Shown in pieces: positions 30,740-42,800 of a DNA stretch of 43,085 nucleotides. A program made the translations under genes and the position numbers. Below the pieces are notes generated by a model, which saw nothing but the letters and a program-made list of their open reading frames with translations, was not told where the DNA came from and searched no databases. Origin of the DNA: an uncultured Verrucomicrobiae bacterium (GTDB lineage: Bacteria; Verrucomicrobiota; Verrucomicrobiia; Limisphaerales; JAFGQR01); contig CAWBHS010000052.1 in NCBI GenBank assembly GCA_963788655.1, forward strand, positions 1 through 43,085, written 5' to 3'. Position 1 is the stretch's first letter. Each line of letters starts with the position of its first letter.

Positions 30740-31951
30740 CTAGTAGGCTCTTTCGATAGATGTACACGTTTTGCAAAATGCCCAGCGGCGATCAACGAGC
30801 CGAGCACTGAGGACCCGCCATAACTTAAGAGCGGCAGTGGCACGCCCGTCACGGGCATAATGCGAATATTCATGCCGATATTGATGAACACATGGCTGAA
30901 GAGCAGGGCAACAACGCCCACAGCCAGCAATTTTCCCAGGCGATCGCGCGCCTGGCCGGCGATCCGGATGCCGGCGAACAGGACCACCGAGTAAAGCGTC
31001 AGCACGACCACGCTGCCCACGAATCCTTTCTCCTCGGCAATGACGGAGAAAATGAAATCGTTATGGGCCACCGCCCGCGGCAGATAGCCCAGCGCGTTTT
31101 GCGTGCCCTGCCGCCAGCCTTTGCCCGCAAAGCCGCCGGAGCCGACGGAGATGAGCGCCTGGTCCACGTTGTACGAATAGTTGCGCATCTCGCGCCGCGC
31201 TTTCTGCCGCTCGGCGGGCGTGGCATCGGCCGGCACACCGTCCTGGCCGAAATACACCAGGAGCCGCCGGCGCTGGTAATCCTCGAGCTTGATCTGCCAA
31301 TTGGGCGGGGCGAACAGAATGTCCACCAGCAACAGCGCAATCAGGATCCCCGCGGCGCCGATCAATTGATTGATGTAACGCTTGGGAATCCCCGCCACGT
31401 AAAGCATCGTCGAGCGTGATCGGGATCAGGATCAGCGCCGAGCCCAGATCCGGTTCTTTGAAAATCAGGAGGAAGGGCAACGTCATCATGCCCATGGCCT
31501 TCCAGAAGGTGGCGGGCGCGCGCAGTTCGTCCATGGGCCGGCTCAGGAAATTCGCCAGCGCAAAAATGAACGCGAGCTTGGCGAATTCCGACGGCTGAAG
31601 TTGCATGGGGCCAAAGTCGAGCCATCGCCTGGCGCCGAATCGCACCGAGCCAATCCCCGGCACCAGCACCGCGACCAGGAAGAGGATCATGACCCAGTAA
31701 CCCACCAGCGACCAGCGGGACAGTACGTGGTAGTCCACCAGACAAATTGCGGCGCCGGCGCCCAGGCCGAGCGAGTACCAAACGATTTGCCGGAACCACA
31801 ACTGGTCGTACCAGGGGAGCAGACTGGCGGACTCAGTCACCAGCGTGGCGCTGGCAATAAACAGGGTGCCCACCACCATCAACCCGAGGAGGGCGCTCCA
31901 CAACAACCAATCCATTTTCGGCTGGTGCTCTCTTAACGCGGTATCAAACAT
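30740..31951 (-). CDS. rodA: Rod shape-determining SEDS glycosyltransferase RodA; 2 frameshifts
   Basis: GARRW, QPSEFAK, EPDLGSA, SVGSGG, HNDFIFSVIAEE, PVTGVPLPLLSYGGSS, and position after mrdA. 3' end is approximate. Confidence 0.92.
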
Positions 31952-33940
31952 CTACTGATTTCCGGCCAGCGTCGCCGAACGCTGGCTTTCCAAACTGTGA
32001 ATGGCTTCGTAAATCTTGTGTGCAATCGGCGCGCACACCATGCCGCCCGAGCCGCCGCTCTCGGTTTCGATCATCACCAGTACGGCGTAGCGCGGGTGTT
32101 CGTAGGGAGCAAACGACGCAAACCACAGGGTGTGACCGATCACCTTGTTTTGCGGATTGGTGATTTGCGCCGTGCCGGTCTTGCCGCAGATGCGCAGCCC
32201 GGGAATATTCCCCGCCAACCGCCCGGTGCCTTCGTCCTTGTCTTCCACGTCGCCGAGCATGGCGTCGCGGATGAGTTTCAGGTTGACCGGATTGACCTGC
32301 AACGTGGCGTGCGCCGCGCGCGGGGGGAAGTGTTCAACTTCTTCCTCGGTGTGCAAATCCTGTGGCTCGATCCGTTCCACCAACCGGGGCCAGAGCACCT
32401 TCCCACCGTTGGCCACCGCCGCGGTCATGACTGCCATCTGCAAAGGCGTCACCGCCACTTGGCCCTGACCGAAGCAGATATTGGCGGTGTCGCCGGGAAC
32501 CCAGCCGGAATGCACGCGGGCCAGCGTGGGCAAGTAGCCGGGCGTTTCCTGGCCGGGAAGCAGTCCCGTCCGTTTCCCCAACTGAAATTGCTGGCCCAGT
32601 TTCACGAGCTGCTCAATGCCGGCTTTCAATCCGTTGGTAATGAAATACGTGTTGCTGGAGCGAATGAATCCTCGATAGAAGTCGTATTCACCCCGCGGGG
32701 CGGTGTCGTCAATCAAACGTCGTCCCACATAGATATAGCCGGGATTGAAAATCTTGGCTTTAGGATCGAGTCCAGCTTCCAAGCATGCCAAGCCGGTGAC
32801 AATCTTGAAAATGGATCCGGGCGCGTAGTTTTCCTGCATGGCCCGGTTGATCTGCGGACGAAGCACGGGATCGTTCAGCCAGTTCATGTATTCGTGCGAA
32901 ATGCCCTCCACGAATTGGTTCGGATCGTACGCCGGCACCGAGGCCATGGCCAGAATGTCGCCATTGTTAACATCCATGACGACCGCCGCGCCGCGGGTGT
33001 TCGGTCCGCGAGATTTCAAAGCGCTTTCCGCCGCCTGTTGAATAACCACGTCCAGGGTCAGCACCACGTTTTGACCGGGTTCGGCCTCGGACCAAATCTG
33101 CTCGGACTGCCGATAGCCCAGACTGTTGACCAACACGGATTTGACTCCTGCTTTGCCGCGCAATTTGGAATCGAACAAACCCTCGATGCCTACCCGCCCG
33201 CGAAAATCCGGCAACCGATAATTAAAAAATGCGGCCTCGTCCATGGCCGAGCGATTGTCCCGCACCAGGAAACCCAACACGTGGGCGGCAAGCGCTCCGT
33301 GCGGGTAATTGCGGACGGGTTGCACATCCAGGTCGAGCCCGCGGGGATTGCTGGTGCGTTCAAAGAAACGGGCCATCAGCGCGTGGTTGCAGTTGGTCAA
33401 CGGCAGCGGCAGCGCCAGTTGATTGGTGTAATGGTGCATGAAATCGCCGAAGCTGACCGACAGGGGTTGGTTCAGCGAGCTGCTCAGGTTTTGCACCAGG
33501 TTGCTGACGGCGTGATAACGCGCTTGGGCCGCCAAGGCATAGTATTGCTTGCGACTCAACCGGACATACTCGGTTTTGATCGGACTGAATCCCAGCCACC
33601 GTTTCCAGAACGGCAGGTTGTTGGTGACGGTGCGCCGTGGACGAAACCGCGCCCATTCGTCCTTGAACTGGTCGCGCAATTCTTCGAGGTAAATGCCGAG
33701 CGTGTATTGCGGTTGGTTTTCCGCCAAAACCGCGCCATTCCGGTCCAGGATTTTACCCCGAATGGCCGGGATGCGTACCGTGCGAAAGGCCTGGGCGCGC
33801 AAGTTTTCCGCATAATGGCGATAGGAAATGACCTGCACCCACCACAGTCCGGCCAACAGCACGAGCATGCCGACCATTACGCTGATCGTGATGACGCGCA
33901 GTTGCGGATCGTTCTTTTTGAGTTGGTCAAAAATCAGCAT
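31952..33940 (-). CDS. mrdA: Penicillin-binding protein 2
   Basis: N-terminal TM, RGKILDRNG, SxxK (GSIFK), SxN (SSN), KTGT, and mre operon context. Confidence 0.95.
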   Translation of the reverse strand: MLIFDQLKKNDPQLRVITISVMVGMLVLLAGLWWVQVISYRHYAENLRAQAFRTVRIPAIRGKILDRNGAVLAENQPQYTLGIYLEELRDQFKDEWARFRPRRTVTNNLPFWKRWLGFSPIKTEYVRLSRKQYYALAAQARYHAVSNLVQNLSSSLNQPLSVSFGDFMHHYTNQLALPLPLTNCNHALMARFFERTSNPRGLDLDVQPVRNYPHGALAAHVLGFLVRDNRSAMDEAAFFNYRLPDFRGRVGIEGLFDSKLRGKAGVKSVLVNSLGYRQSEQIWSEAEPGQNVVLTLDVVIQQAAESALKSRGPNTRGAAVVMDVNNGDILAMASVPAYDPNQFVEGISHEYMNWLNDPVLRPQINRAMQENYAPGSIFKIVTGLACLEAGLDPKAKIFNPGYIYVGRRLIDDTAPRGEYDFYRGFIRSSNTYFITNGLKAGIEQLVKLGQQFQLGKRTGLLPGQETPGYLPTLARVHSGWVPGDTANICFGQGQVAVTPLQMAVMTAAVANGGKVLWPRLVERIEPQDLHTEEEVEHFPPRAAHATLQVNPVNLKLIRDAMLGDVEDKDEGTGRLAGNIPGLRICGKTGTAQITNPQNKVIGHTLWFASFAPYEHPRYAVLVMIETESGGSGGMVCAPIAHKIYEAIHSLESQRSATLAGNQ

Positions 33941-33943
33941 CGC

Positions 33944-34495
33944 CTATTTTCGTCCACGTTTGATTTCGCGATCTTGCCGAAAACTGATTTCGGTCAGAGG
34001 CCGATACGTCAAGGCTTCCAAAGCCCAATTGAACAGGCGGAACCAGATGGGCGCGGCGACCCCCCCCAGCAGGGTCATTACAAACCATTGCCACAGGGAA
34101 TACCAGCCGACCAGTGGCGTTTTATCGGTATTGATCAGGATTAACCACGTCATGAGCGGAGCGGCCGCGCTGGCGGCCAGACCCAGCACAAATTGGGCGT
34201 AGGCCTGGTCGCGCAAGATCAAACCGCGATAGTGTTGGATCACAAATCCAATTACAAACAGGGGTAACACGCTGACCCCGAGCGGATTGGCGGATAACGA
34301 ATCAAACATCAGTCCCCCGGCAAAAGCTACCACCCCCACGACGGGCAAGCCGTTGCTCAGGCTGGTATAAACCATCAGGCTGGGCAACAAATCCACCTGC
34401 GCACCAAACAGCACCCGCGGCGTCCCCACCACCGCTTCCGCAAATACCGCCAGGAAGGCGGCCAGCAAGATTAGGATGGGATGGAACCAGTTCAT
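33944..34495 (-). CDS. mreD: Rod shape-determining protein MreD
   Basis: Highly hydrophobic, GLMFDSLS-PLG motif, between mreC and mrdA. Confidence 0.85.
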   Translation of the reverse strand: MNWFHPILILLAAFLAVFAEAVVGTPRVLFGAQVDLLPSLMVYTSLSNGLPVVGVVAFAGGLMFDSLSANPLGVSVLPLFVIGFVIQHYRGLILRDQAYAQFVLGLAASAAAPLMTWLILINTDKTPLVGWYSLWQWFVMTLLGGVAAPIWFRLFNWALEALTYRPLTEISFRQDREIKRGRK

Positions 34496-34503
34496 TGCTC
34501 AGT

Positions 34504-35313
34504 TCACGGCAAAATCACCCAGACTTCTTCGAGTTTGTTCATGTTGACGGCCAGGCTGACCCGCGCCTCGTTGTACAATCCATAGCCTACCGTGCGCCAA
34601 TCCACGATCTGGCCCACCTCGATGCCCTTGGGAAAAACACCGCCCATCCCACTGGTCACGACTTTTTGGCCGGAGCGCAGGGGACTGTTGCGGGAGAGAT
34701 ACACCAGATCGACGATGGAATTATCGAGGGGTCGGGAGGACGAGGGGGCAATGATGCCGTTGTCGCGGGCTTCTTCGATCAGGACCGAAACCCGGCAATC
34801 CGGATCGCCCAGCAGGACCACTTGGGATTGCGTATAAGCGACATCCGAAACGCGGCCGACCAAATAACCGTCTCCCGAAAGCACGGGACAGTTGGTGGTG
34901 ACGCCTTCGCGCAAGCCGGTGTCAATCTTCAAAGTGCGCCACCAATTGGCGGGATCGCGGGCAATCACCCGGGCCAATTTCAGCTTCCAGTCGCGGGGTT
35001 TGGGCCAGTTCAGATATTTGCGCAGCCGGTGATTTTCCCGGGCGGATTCCTCCATTTGGGTGACTTGCAGCCGCAATTCCTGGTTCTCGACGCGCAATTG
35101 CTCCAAATCGCCGACCAATTCCTTGCGCGGCACCACCGCCTGGGTGGCCTTCTCCGCCAACCCGCCCGCAGTGCCTTTGAGCCCGAACATGGGTAGAAAG
35201 AGTCCGTTGATCGCCAGTTCCAGTTGGCTCACGGCCCGGTTCGGCAATTTCAGCACTACAAGCGTCAGCAGGATCACCAAGCCCAAGGCGATGTAATGCG
35301 ACCGTTTAAACAT
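34504..35313 (-). CDS. mreC: Rod shape-determining protein MreC
   Basis: N-terminal TM, coiled coil (ENHRLRKYL), ARVIARD, LVGRV, VVTSGMGGVFPKGIEVG. Confidence 0.93.
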   Translation of the reverse strand: MFKRSHYIALGLVILLTLVVLKLPNRAVSQLELAINGLFLPMFGLKGTAGGLAEKATQAVVPRKELVGDLEQLRVENQELRLQVTQMEESARENHRLRKYLNWPKPRDWKLKLARVIARDPANWWRTLKIDTGLREGVTTNCPVLSGDGYLVGRVSDVAYTQSQVVLLGDPDCRVSVLIEEARDNGIIAPSSSRPLDNSIVDLVYLSRNSPLRSGQKVVTSGMGGVFPKGIEVGQIVDWRTVGYGLYNEARVSLAVNMNKLEEVWVILP

Positions 35314-35513
35314 CAATTCCACCCAAACATCTTGTCGCGGATAGCGCTCTCAAAATTCAAAATTGGTTGTGCCGCGGCCATGCCGGAAATGCCCAGGGGC
35401 AAACCGGCACCGCCGCAGCGGTTATGGGATGGCAGAGCAAAGCAAGCTATCGCCCCACAATCCGTCGGGACACAACGGAGTTACCGCCTGTCCCCCCGTC
35501 TGACTGGCGAACG

Positions 35514-36542
35514 CTAGAGTTTGGAGTTGGTTGAGACTCGCTTGAGGAATTGAAGCTCCTGGAGAACCCGGCCCGTGCCTTCGGCCACGGCACTCATCGG
35601 ATCGTCGGCGATGTGGACCGGCAAGCCGGTTTCTTCGGCGACCAAGCGATCAATGCCGCGCAACAACGCGCCGCCGCCCGCCATCACAATGCCCCGATCA
35701 ACCAGATCGGCGGCCAGTTCGGGCGGACAACGTTCCAGCGTAAGGCGGACCGATTCCAAAATACTTGAAAGTGGTTCCTGTAAAGCTTCGCGAATTTCCT
35801 CCGAGCGAATCGTCAAGGTTTTCGGCAACCCCGACCCCAAATCGCGTCCCTTGACTTCCATCGTCAATTCCTGTTCCAAGGGAAACGCGGACCCAATCCG
35901 AATCTTGATTTCCTCCGCGGTGCGTTCGCCAATCATCATGTTGTAGGCCCGCTTCATGTGCGCCACGACCGTTTCATCGAACTCGTCGCCGCCTACGCGC
36001 AAGCTGCGACTGAACACAATCCCGGCCAGGGAAATGATCGCGATTTCACATGTTCCCCCGCCGATATCGACAATCATGTTGCCGGCCGGTTCATGCACCG
36101 GCAGCCCCACGCCGATGGCCGAAGCCATGGGTTGCTCGATGAGATACACTTCCCGCGCGCCCGCGTGCGTGGCAGAGTCTTTGACCGCCCGTTTTTCCAC
36201 TTCGGTAATCCCCGACGGCACCGCCACCACCACCCGCGGGGCGATCAATTTCCGATGATGAACTCTCTGAATGAAGTGACGCAGCATCGCCTCGGTAATT
36301 TCGAAGTCGGCGATGACACCGTCTTTCATCGGTCGGATGGCCACAATATTTCCCGGCGTGCGCCCCAACATCCGTTTGGCTTCTTCCCCGACGGCCAGCA
36401 CATTGGTGGTGCCGGCTTGAATGGCCACCACGGAAGGTTCGCGGAGCACTATTCCCTGATCGCGTACATAAACCAAGGAATTGGCCGTTCCCAAATCAAT
36501 CCCAATGTCATTGGAAAACAGGCTCTTAAGTTGCGCGAACAT
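35514..36542 (-). CDS. mreB: Actin-like rod shape protein MreB
   Basis: [50 protein letters not shown]. Confidence 0.98.
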   Translation of the reverse strand: MFAQLKSLFSNDIGIDLGTANSLVYVRDQGIVLREPSVVAIQAGTTNVLAVGEEAKRMLGRTPGNIVAIRPMKDGVIADFEITEAMLRHFIQRVHHRKLIAPRVVVAVPSGITEVEKRAVKDSATHAGAREVYLIEQPMASAIGVGLPVHEPAGNMIVDIGGGTCEIAIISLAGIVFSRSLRVGGDEFDETVVAHMKRAYNMMIGERTAEEIKIRIGSAFPLEQELTMEVKGRDLGSGLPKTLTIRSEEIREALQEPLSSILESVRLTLERCPPELAADLVDRGIVMAGGGALLRGIDRLVAEETGLPVHIADDPMSAVAEGTGRVLQELQFLKRVSTNSKL

Positions 36543-36869
36543 GATTTGTGCCTAACATCAAACCAGAAATTAGAAGTAACCGGATGGTACGGTCAACTAT
36601 TAACTTATGCGATTGCCGGTGGCGCATAATCCTTCCGGTCAGTCCTCCGAACCACTTTCACGAGCCCGCCCCAAACAAGACCCGCAGCCCGAGGGCCGAA
36701 ATCCGAAGAGATCAGGCTTGAGAAGGCTTTCGAGACGGCTGGCCCTAGCCAACGCGGCATTCGGTATTTGGTTTTTGGGCTGCTTTCGGAATTCAGCACA
36801 ATTGTTTCGAATGGCTTGCATTTCCAAGGTTGTTTTTCCCTTCAGAAGATGTTACATGTTGATACACCT

Positions 36870-39800
36870 ATGTTTACTGCCGTGCTCTCCTGCAGATTTC
36901 CTGTTGGTTTGCGAAGTCGTATTGGCGGCTTCGGGATCTTCAAATCATTCGCCACTCTTGCCGCAATTGGCGTGTTGAGCGTAATTGCTCCCTTGCCGCT
37001 GTCCGCTGCCGACATCGAGCCCGGAAGCAGCCTGAAACTCCTGACCCGCGCCAATTACCTTCCGGCCAATCCAGTGCTCGTGCGCGTGGAGGTGATCGCG
37101 CCGGATGGCCAACCGGATCGTGATCTGTGGAACGCCGAGGCCATGCTGACCGTTGATGTGCCCGGCATAACGCTTTCCACCAATCGGGTGGATCTGCGGA
37201 ATGGTTTGGGCAGCGCCCTGGTAACCTTCTCGGGAGGTGGGAATTTCACGCTGACCGCCACGGTTGGCAGTCTCTCGACCAATCGCGCCTTGCAGGATCT
37301 CACCGGCGCGTCCGTCACCACCGTCAGCGGCACCTTACCAGGCACCACTTCGACTTGGAACGGCGTGGTTCACGTGACTTCGACTGTAACGGTGCCGGCC
37401 GGTCACACGTTGACGATCGCGCCCAACACCCTGGTGTTGATTGACGGCGTGGCCTCCGGCAGCGGTGGAGCGGGATTGATTGTCAACGGTGCCGTGAATG
37501 CGCTCGGTACCGAAGATGAACCGGTTACCATCACCTGTTTTGATCCAGCCTTGCGCTGGGGGCAAATCCGTCATACCGACGCGCACCCATCCGTGTATCA
37601 GCACACGATCATCACGCTGGCCGGACGCGCGCCCGGCGAAGGCCACACCGGGCAGGCGCCGGTCCTTCGGCCGAGCAATTCCACGTTAACGTTCGATCAT
37701 TGCAGCATCACCGACCACGCCACTGCCGCTGGCACGCCGGGCAAAATCATGTACGCTATCAACTCGGACCTGACGTTCAACGAGTGCCTGCTGGCCCGCG
37801 CACGCATGGGCCCGGAAATCCAGGGCACCGCCTTGCACTGCACCAACACGTGGATCGTGGCCATGCATGGACCCGATGATGCCGATGGCATTTATTTGCA
37901 CGATCAACAGGCCGGACAGGAAATCGCCTTGCAGGGTTGCGTGATTGTGGATGGTGACGACGACGCCATTGACACGCTGGACGCGGTCATCACGGTGGAA
38001 AACTGCATCCTGCGCGACTGGCCGAATCCCAACGAAGACGCCAAGGGCGTGAGTGGGTTTAACGGCGAGATTACGCTGCGGCGATGTGTGGTGGCCAACT
38101 GTTACGCGGGTGTGGCTTCCAAGAGCAGTGGGCCGCTGGCCCGGGTGAACATCGATCATTGCACCATCACCGGAATTACCGCTGGCGTCAGCGCCGCTTA
38201 CAAGGTCAATGCCGCGGCTGGCAACATTGATTTTCGCATCACCAACTCGATCATCCGCTCGGTGGACGCGGTCCATACCGACTTTGGGCCCACCAATTTC
38301 AGCATTGGCTTCAGCGATTTGTCCGAGGTCTGGCCGGGGGCCGGCAACTTCACCGCCGACCCGCTGTTCGTGGACGAAGCGGGGTATGATTTCCATCTTC
38401 AAGCGGCCTCGCCAGCCATTGATTCGGGCGATCCCACGGCGGCTTTGGATGCGGACGGCACGCGCACGGATTTGGGGGCGTTTCCGTTTGCCGGCACGGC
38501 CAATCCGTTGATTGCGTTTGGCAGTGACTGGACATACTTGGACGATGGTTCCGACCAGGGCGGTGGGTGGACGCAAGCCGACTTCGACGACAGCGCTTGG
38601 GCCAGCGGTCCGGCGCAATTGGGTTATGGCGACGGGGATGAAGCCACCGTTTTGGATTATGGCCCGGACTCGGACAACAAGTATATTACCAGCTATTTTC
38701 GCCGATCGGTGGTGCTCGGCAATCCCGCGCAATACTCCGGGCTGGAACTTCACGTCCTACGCGATGACAGCGCGGTGATGTACATCAACGGTCAAGAAGT
38801 CTGGCGCGACAACCTGCCCGCCGGTGCAATTGACTATCTGACGCTGGCGGTGACGCCTCTTGGCACGGCCGAGGAAGGGATTATTCAAACCGCCATCATC
38901 AGCGCCGACGTGTTGGTGCCTGGCACGAATGTTATTGCGGTGGAAATTCATCAGGTATTGCCCACCAGCACGGATACCAGCTTCGACATGGAAATGGTTG
39001 GTTTGCCTGCCAACCAAACGCCCTCAGTCGCTCTCCTCATTCCTTCCGAAGGCGCGACATTCGCGGCTCCGGCAACCATCGCCCTGGAAGCCAGCGCCTC
39101 CGATTCGGATGGCAGCGTGGCGAAAGTCGAGTTCTTCCATGACGGCGTTTTAGTCGGGGAGGATGATTCCGATCCCTTCACCTTTGCCTGGTCCGGCGTT
39201 ACTGCCGGCAGTTTTGCGCTCACGGCCGTAGCCACGGACGACCTAGGAGCCACCAACGAATCCGTACCCATTCACATCACGGTCAATGTTGCCAGCGATC
39301 CGGTTACCAACTCGCTGGTCGTGTGGGGCAGTGATTGGAAATACCTGGACAACGGTTCCGATCAAGGCACGGCCTGGCGTGAGAACGCTTTTGACGACAG
39401 CAGTTGGGCCAGCGGACCCGCCCAGTTGGGATACGGTGACGGTGACGAGGCGACGGTCGTGGAAGACAACGGGACGCCCGGTTACAATCCGGGTGATACC
39501 GATCGCTACCTTACCACCTATTTCCGACGCAGCTTGGTGGTCACCAATCCAACGCAATACACTTCGGTGGACTTGTCCGTGTTGTTTGATGATGGGACCG
39601 TAGTTTATTTGAATGGCAACGAGGTATTTCGCGGCAACATGCCGGGCGGGACCATCAACTACGACACTCCGGCGATTCTTTCCGGGGTGGGGGACAACAC
39701 GATTCTGCAAACCAATCTCCCGTCCAGCGTGCTCCAGGCCGGAACCAACATCGTAGCCGTAGAAATTCATCAGGATGCGCACGATAGTTCGGACATCAGC

Positions 39801-42800
39801 TTCGATTACGAAATGCTTGGTTTGATTGTCAACGAACTACCTTCCGTCGCCCTGACCAGCCCGTCCGACGGCACCACCTTCACCGCGCCGGCCACCATTG
39901 CCCTCGAAGCCGACGCGTCTGATGGGGATGGCGCGGTGACCATCGTCGAGTTCTTCCGGAACGGCGTCCTGGTGGGTGAGGATCTTGCGGAGCCTTACAC
40001 CTTCGATTGGACTGGCGTGGCGGCCGGTAACTACACGCTTACGGCCGTGGCCACCGACGATCAGGGGGCCACGAATGAATCCGCGCCCATTCAAATCACG
40101 GTCAACGCTCCCAGCGGCTCGGTGACTAATACGATCGTTGGGTGGGGCAGTGACTGGAACTACCTGGACAACGGTTCCGACCAAGGTGCGGCCTGGCACC
40201 AGAATGGTTTTGATGATAGCAGTTGGACTAGCGGTCCCGCGCAATTGGGTTACGGTGACGGCGACGAAGCAACTGTCGTGGAAGACAATGGGACGCCGGG
40301 TTACAACCCGTCCGACACCGACCGCTACCTTACTACTTACTTTCGCCACAGTTTTACGGTCACCGATCCCGCGCTTTATAATTCACTGGACTTGTCGGTG
40401 TTGTTCGACGACGGGGCGGTGGTCTATTTGAATGGGAACGAGGTCTTCCGATGCAACATGCCGGGCGGAACCATCGCGTTCGACACACCGGCGATCCTTT
40501 CGGGCGTCGGCGACAATACCGTATGGCAGACCAACCTGTCGTCTGGATTGTTGCTGCCGGGCGAAAATATTGTGGCCGTGGAAATCCACCAGGATGCGCC
40601 GGAGAGTTCGGACATCAGTTTTGATTTCGAACTGCAAGGGATCATTTCCGGGGCGACCACTAACTAGCCGCCAACAGTGGCAATCACCAACCCGGTGGAC
40701 GGTGCGGTGTTGACCACCCCGACGGACCTGACCATCGAAGCCGATGCCGCCGACTTTGACGGCAGCGGTCACCAAAGTCGAGTTCTTCCAAAACGGGGCC
40801 AAGCTGGGTGAAGATACGGCCAGTCCATTCAACTACACCTGGAGCAATGTGCCGGTAGGGGTTTACACGCTCACCGCGGTGGCGACCGACGATGATGGGG
40901 CTACTGAAGTTTCCGCTGGCCTCAATCTCACTGTCAGCGAGCCGAACACCACTTCCACCAATGTCCTGATTGCCCTCGGCAGCGACTGGAAATACCTGGA
41001 CGACGGGTCCGACCAAGGCACGGGTTGGAGCGCACTGGACTTTGCCGATAGCGGTTGGGCCGAAGGCCCGGCGCAATTGGGTTACGGCGATGGCGACGAA
41101 GCTACGGTGGTAAGCTATGGCAGCGATCCGGGGAATAAATATCCCACCACCTATTTTCGGCGTTTCTTTACGGTGGACGATCCCAGCCTGGTGGAAAACC
41201 TCGCCATCAACCTGCTGCGCGACGATGGTGCGGTGGCTTACATCAACGGGCAGGAAGTGTATCGGATCAGCATGCCCGACGGCCCCATCGATTACACGAC
41301 CTATGCAGACACCGCGGCGGATTACGATTTTGTGTCCACCACCCTGTCGCCGACGGCGCTCGTGGCTGGCACCAACGTGATGGCGGTCGAAATTCACCAG
41401 GGCAACGGGAGCAGTTCGGACATTAGTTTTGACCTGGAATTGAGCGGTGTCGTTGCCGCGCCGACCAATTTCAAACCGGTCATCAACATTACTGCCCCCA
41501 TCGATGGCCTGACCGTGGCTGCTCCAGCGAAATATCACCATAACCGCCAACGCGACCGATCGCGATGGTGCGGTGACGAACCTCGAGTTCTATGCCAACG
41601 AAACGCCGCTAGGTTCCGACGATGCGAGTCCTTATGAATTCGATTGGAACAACGTGCCGGCGGGAAATTATGCGTTGACCGCCGTGGCTACTGACGACGT
41701 TGGATTGGTGGCGACGTTCGAGCGTCGTCAATGTGACCGTTAGCACCGACACCGCGCCGCCGGCCATCGCCGGTCAAAACCCCGCGCCCGGTTCGTTGAA
41801 CACACTTACCGAAGTAACCGTGACCTTTACCAAAGACGTGACCGGGGTGGATGCTGCCGACCTGTTGGTCAATGGCGTCCCCGCCAGCACGGTGAACGGC
41901 GCCGGCAGCGTTTACACATTTACATTTCCACAGCCCGATTACGGCACGGTGACGTTGATTTGGGCAGGCGGCCACGGTATCACCGACGTTTTCACGCCGC
42001 CGCACGCGTTTGACGAAACAGCGCCCAACGCCACCTGGCAATACCAGTTGCTGGATGCGGTGCCACCTTTTATGGCGTCGTTGCTGCCGGTGGCCGATTC
42101 CGCGGTGGCCACGCTGAACTCGGTGAGCGTGACGTTCAGCGAACCGGTCATGGGCGTCAACGCTGGCGATCTGTTGGTGAACTCAATCCCCGCCAACGTC
42201 GTCAACGGTTCGGGCGCGGGACCGTACGTGTTTGCGTTTCCGCAACCGGACCCCGGCAACATTTCAGTGATGTGGGCTGCCGGTCATGGCATCCAGGACC
42301 AGTCGGGCAACCCGTTTGCCGGCGGTAGTTGGAATTATTTACTCGATACCAACGTGGTCGGCGTGGTGATTTCGGAAATCATGTACCATCCGTCTTCGGA
42401 GAACGTCCTTGAGGAATATATCGAGTTGTATAACAAAGGCAGCAGCGCGGTGAGCCTGGCGGGATGGCGCTTCAGTGCCGGCGTTCAATTTACATTCCCG
42501 AGCGTCGCCATTCCCGGCGGGGGCTATCTCGTGGTGGCGGCGGACTTGGAGACGTTCACCAACAAGTATCCAGCGGTGGCCAACGTGGTCGGCAATTGGA
42601 CCGGCTTCCTGAACAACAGTGGCGAGGACATCGATCTCGACGACGCTTCTGGCAATCGCGTCGATAGCGTGCGCTACGCCGACGCAGGCGACTGGGCCGT
42701 CCGGCAGCGCGGGCCGCTCGACATGGGCCACCGTGGATGGGTATGGTTCAAGGAACACGATGGTCTGGGTAAGTCGCTTGAGCTGATCAATCCGTTGTTG

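Noticed and set aside
28752..31951. Programmed frameshifting in the Rne/Rng gene and rodA
   Set aside because: Multiple breaks per gene, no consistent slippery sites, and the same pattern in unrelated genes.
31997..34144. 715-aa plus-strand ORF (also 1009-2253, 14066-15508, 22172-23368 and similar long ORFs)
   Set aside because: These are antisense shadows of well-supported genes in GC-rich DNA and have no recognisable motifs.
40665..40667. In-frame TAG as amber recoding or readthrough
   Set aside because: TAG terminates several intact genes here (sulfatase, isochorismatase, radical SAM, mreB). A single substitution from CAG/GAG in an error-rich sequence is simpler.
38510..41740. Repeats as a DGR template/variable pair or a non-coding array
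   Set aside because: They are in-frame protein domain duplications that differ mainly at synonymous sites, and there is no reverse transcriptase in the window.
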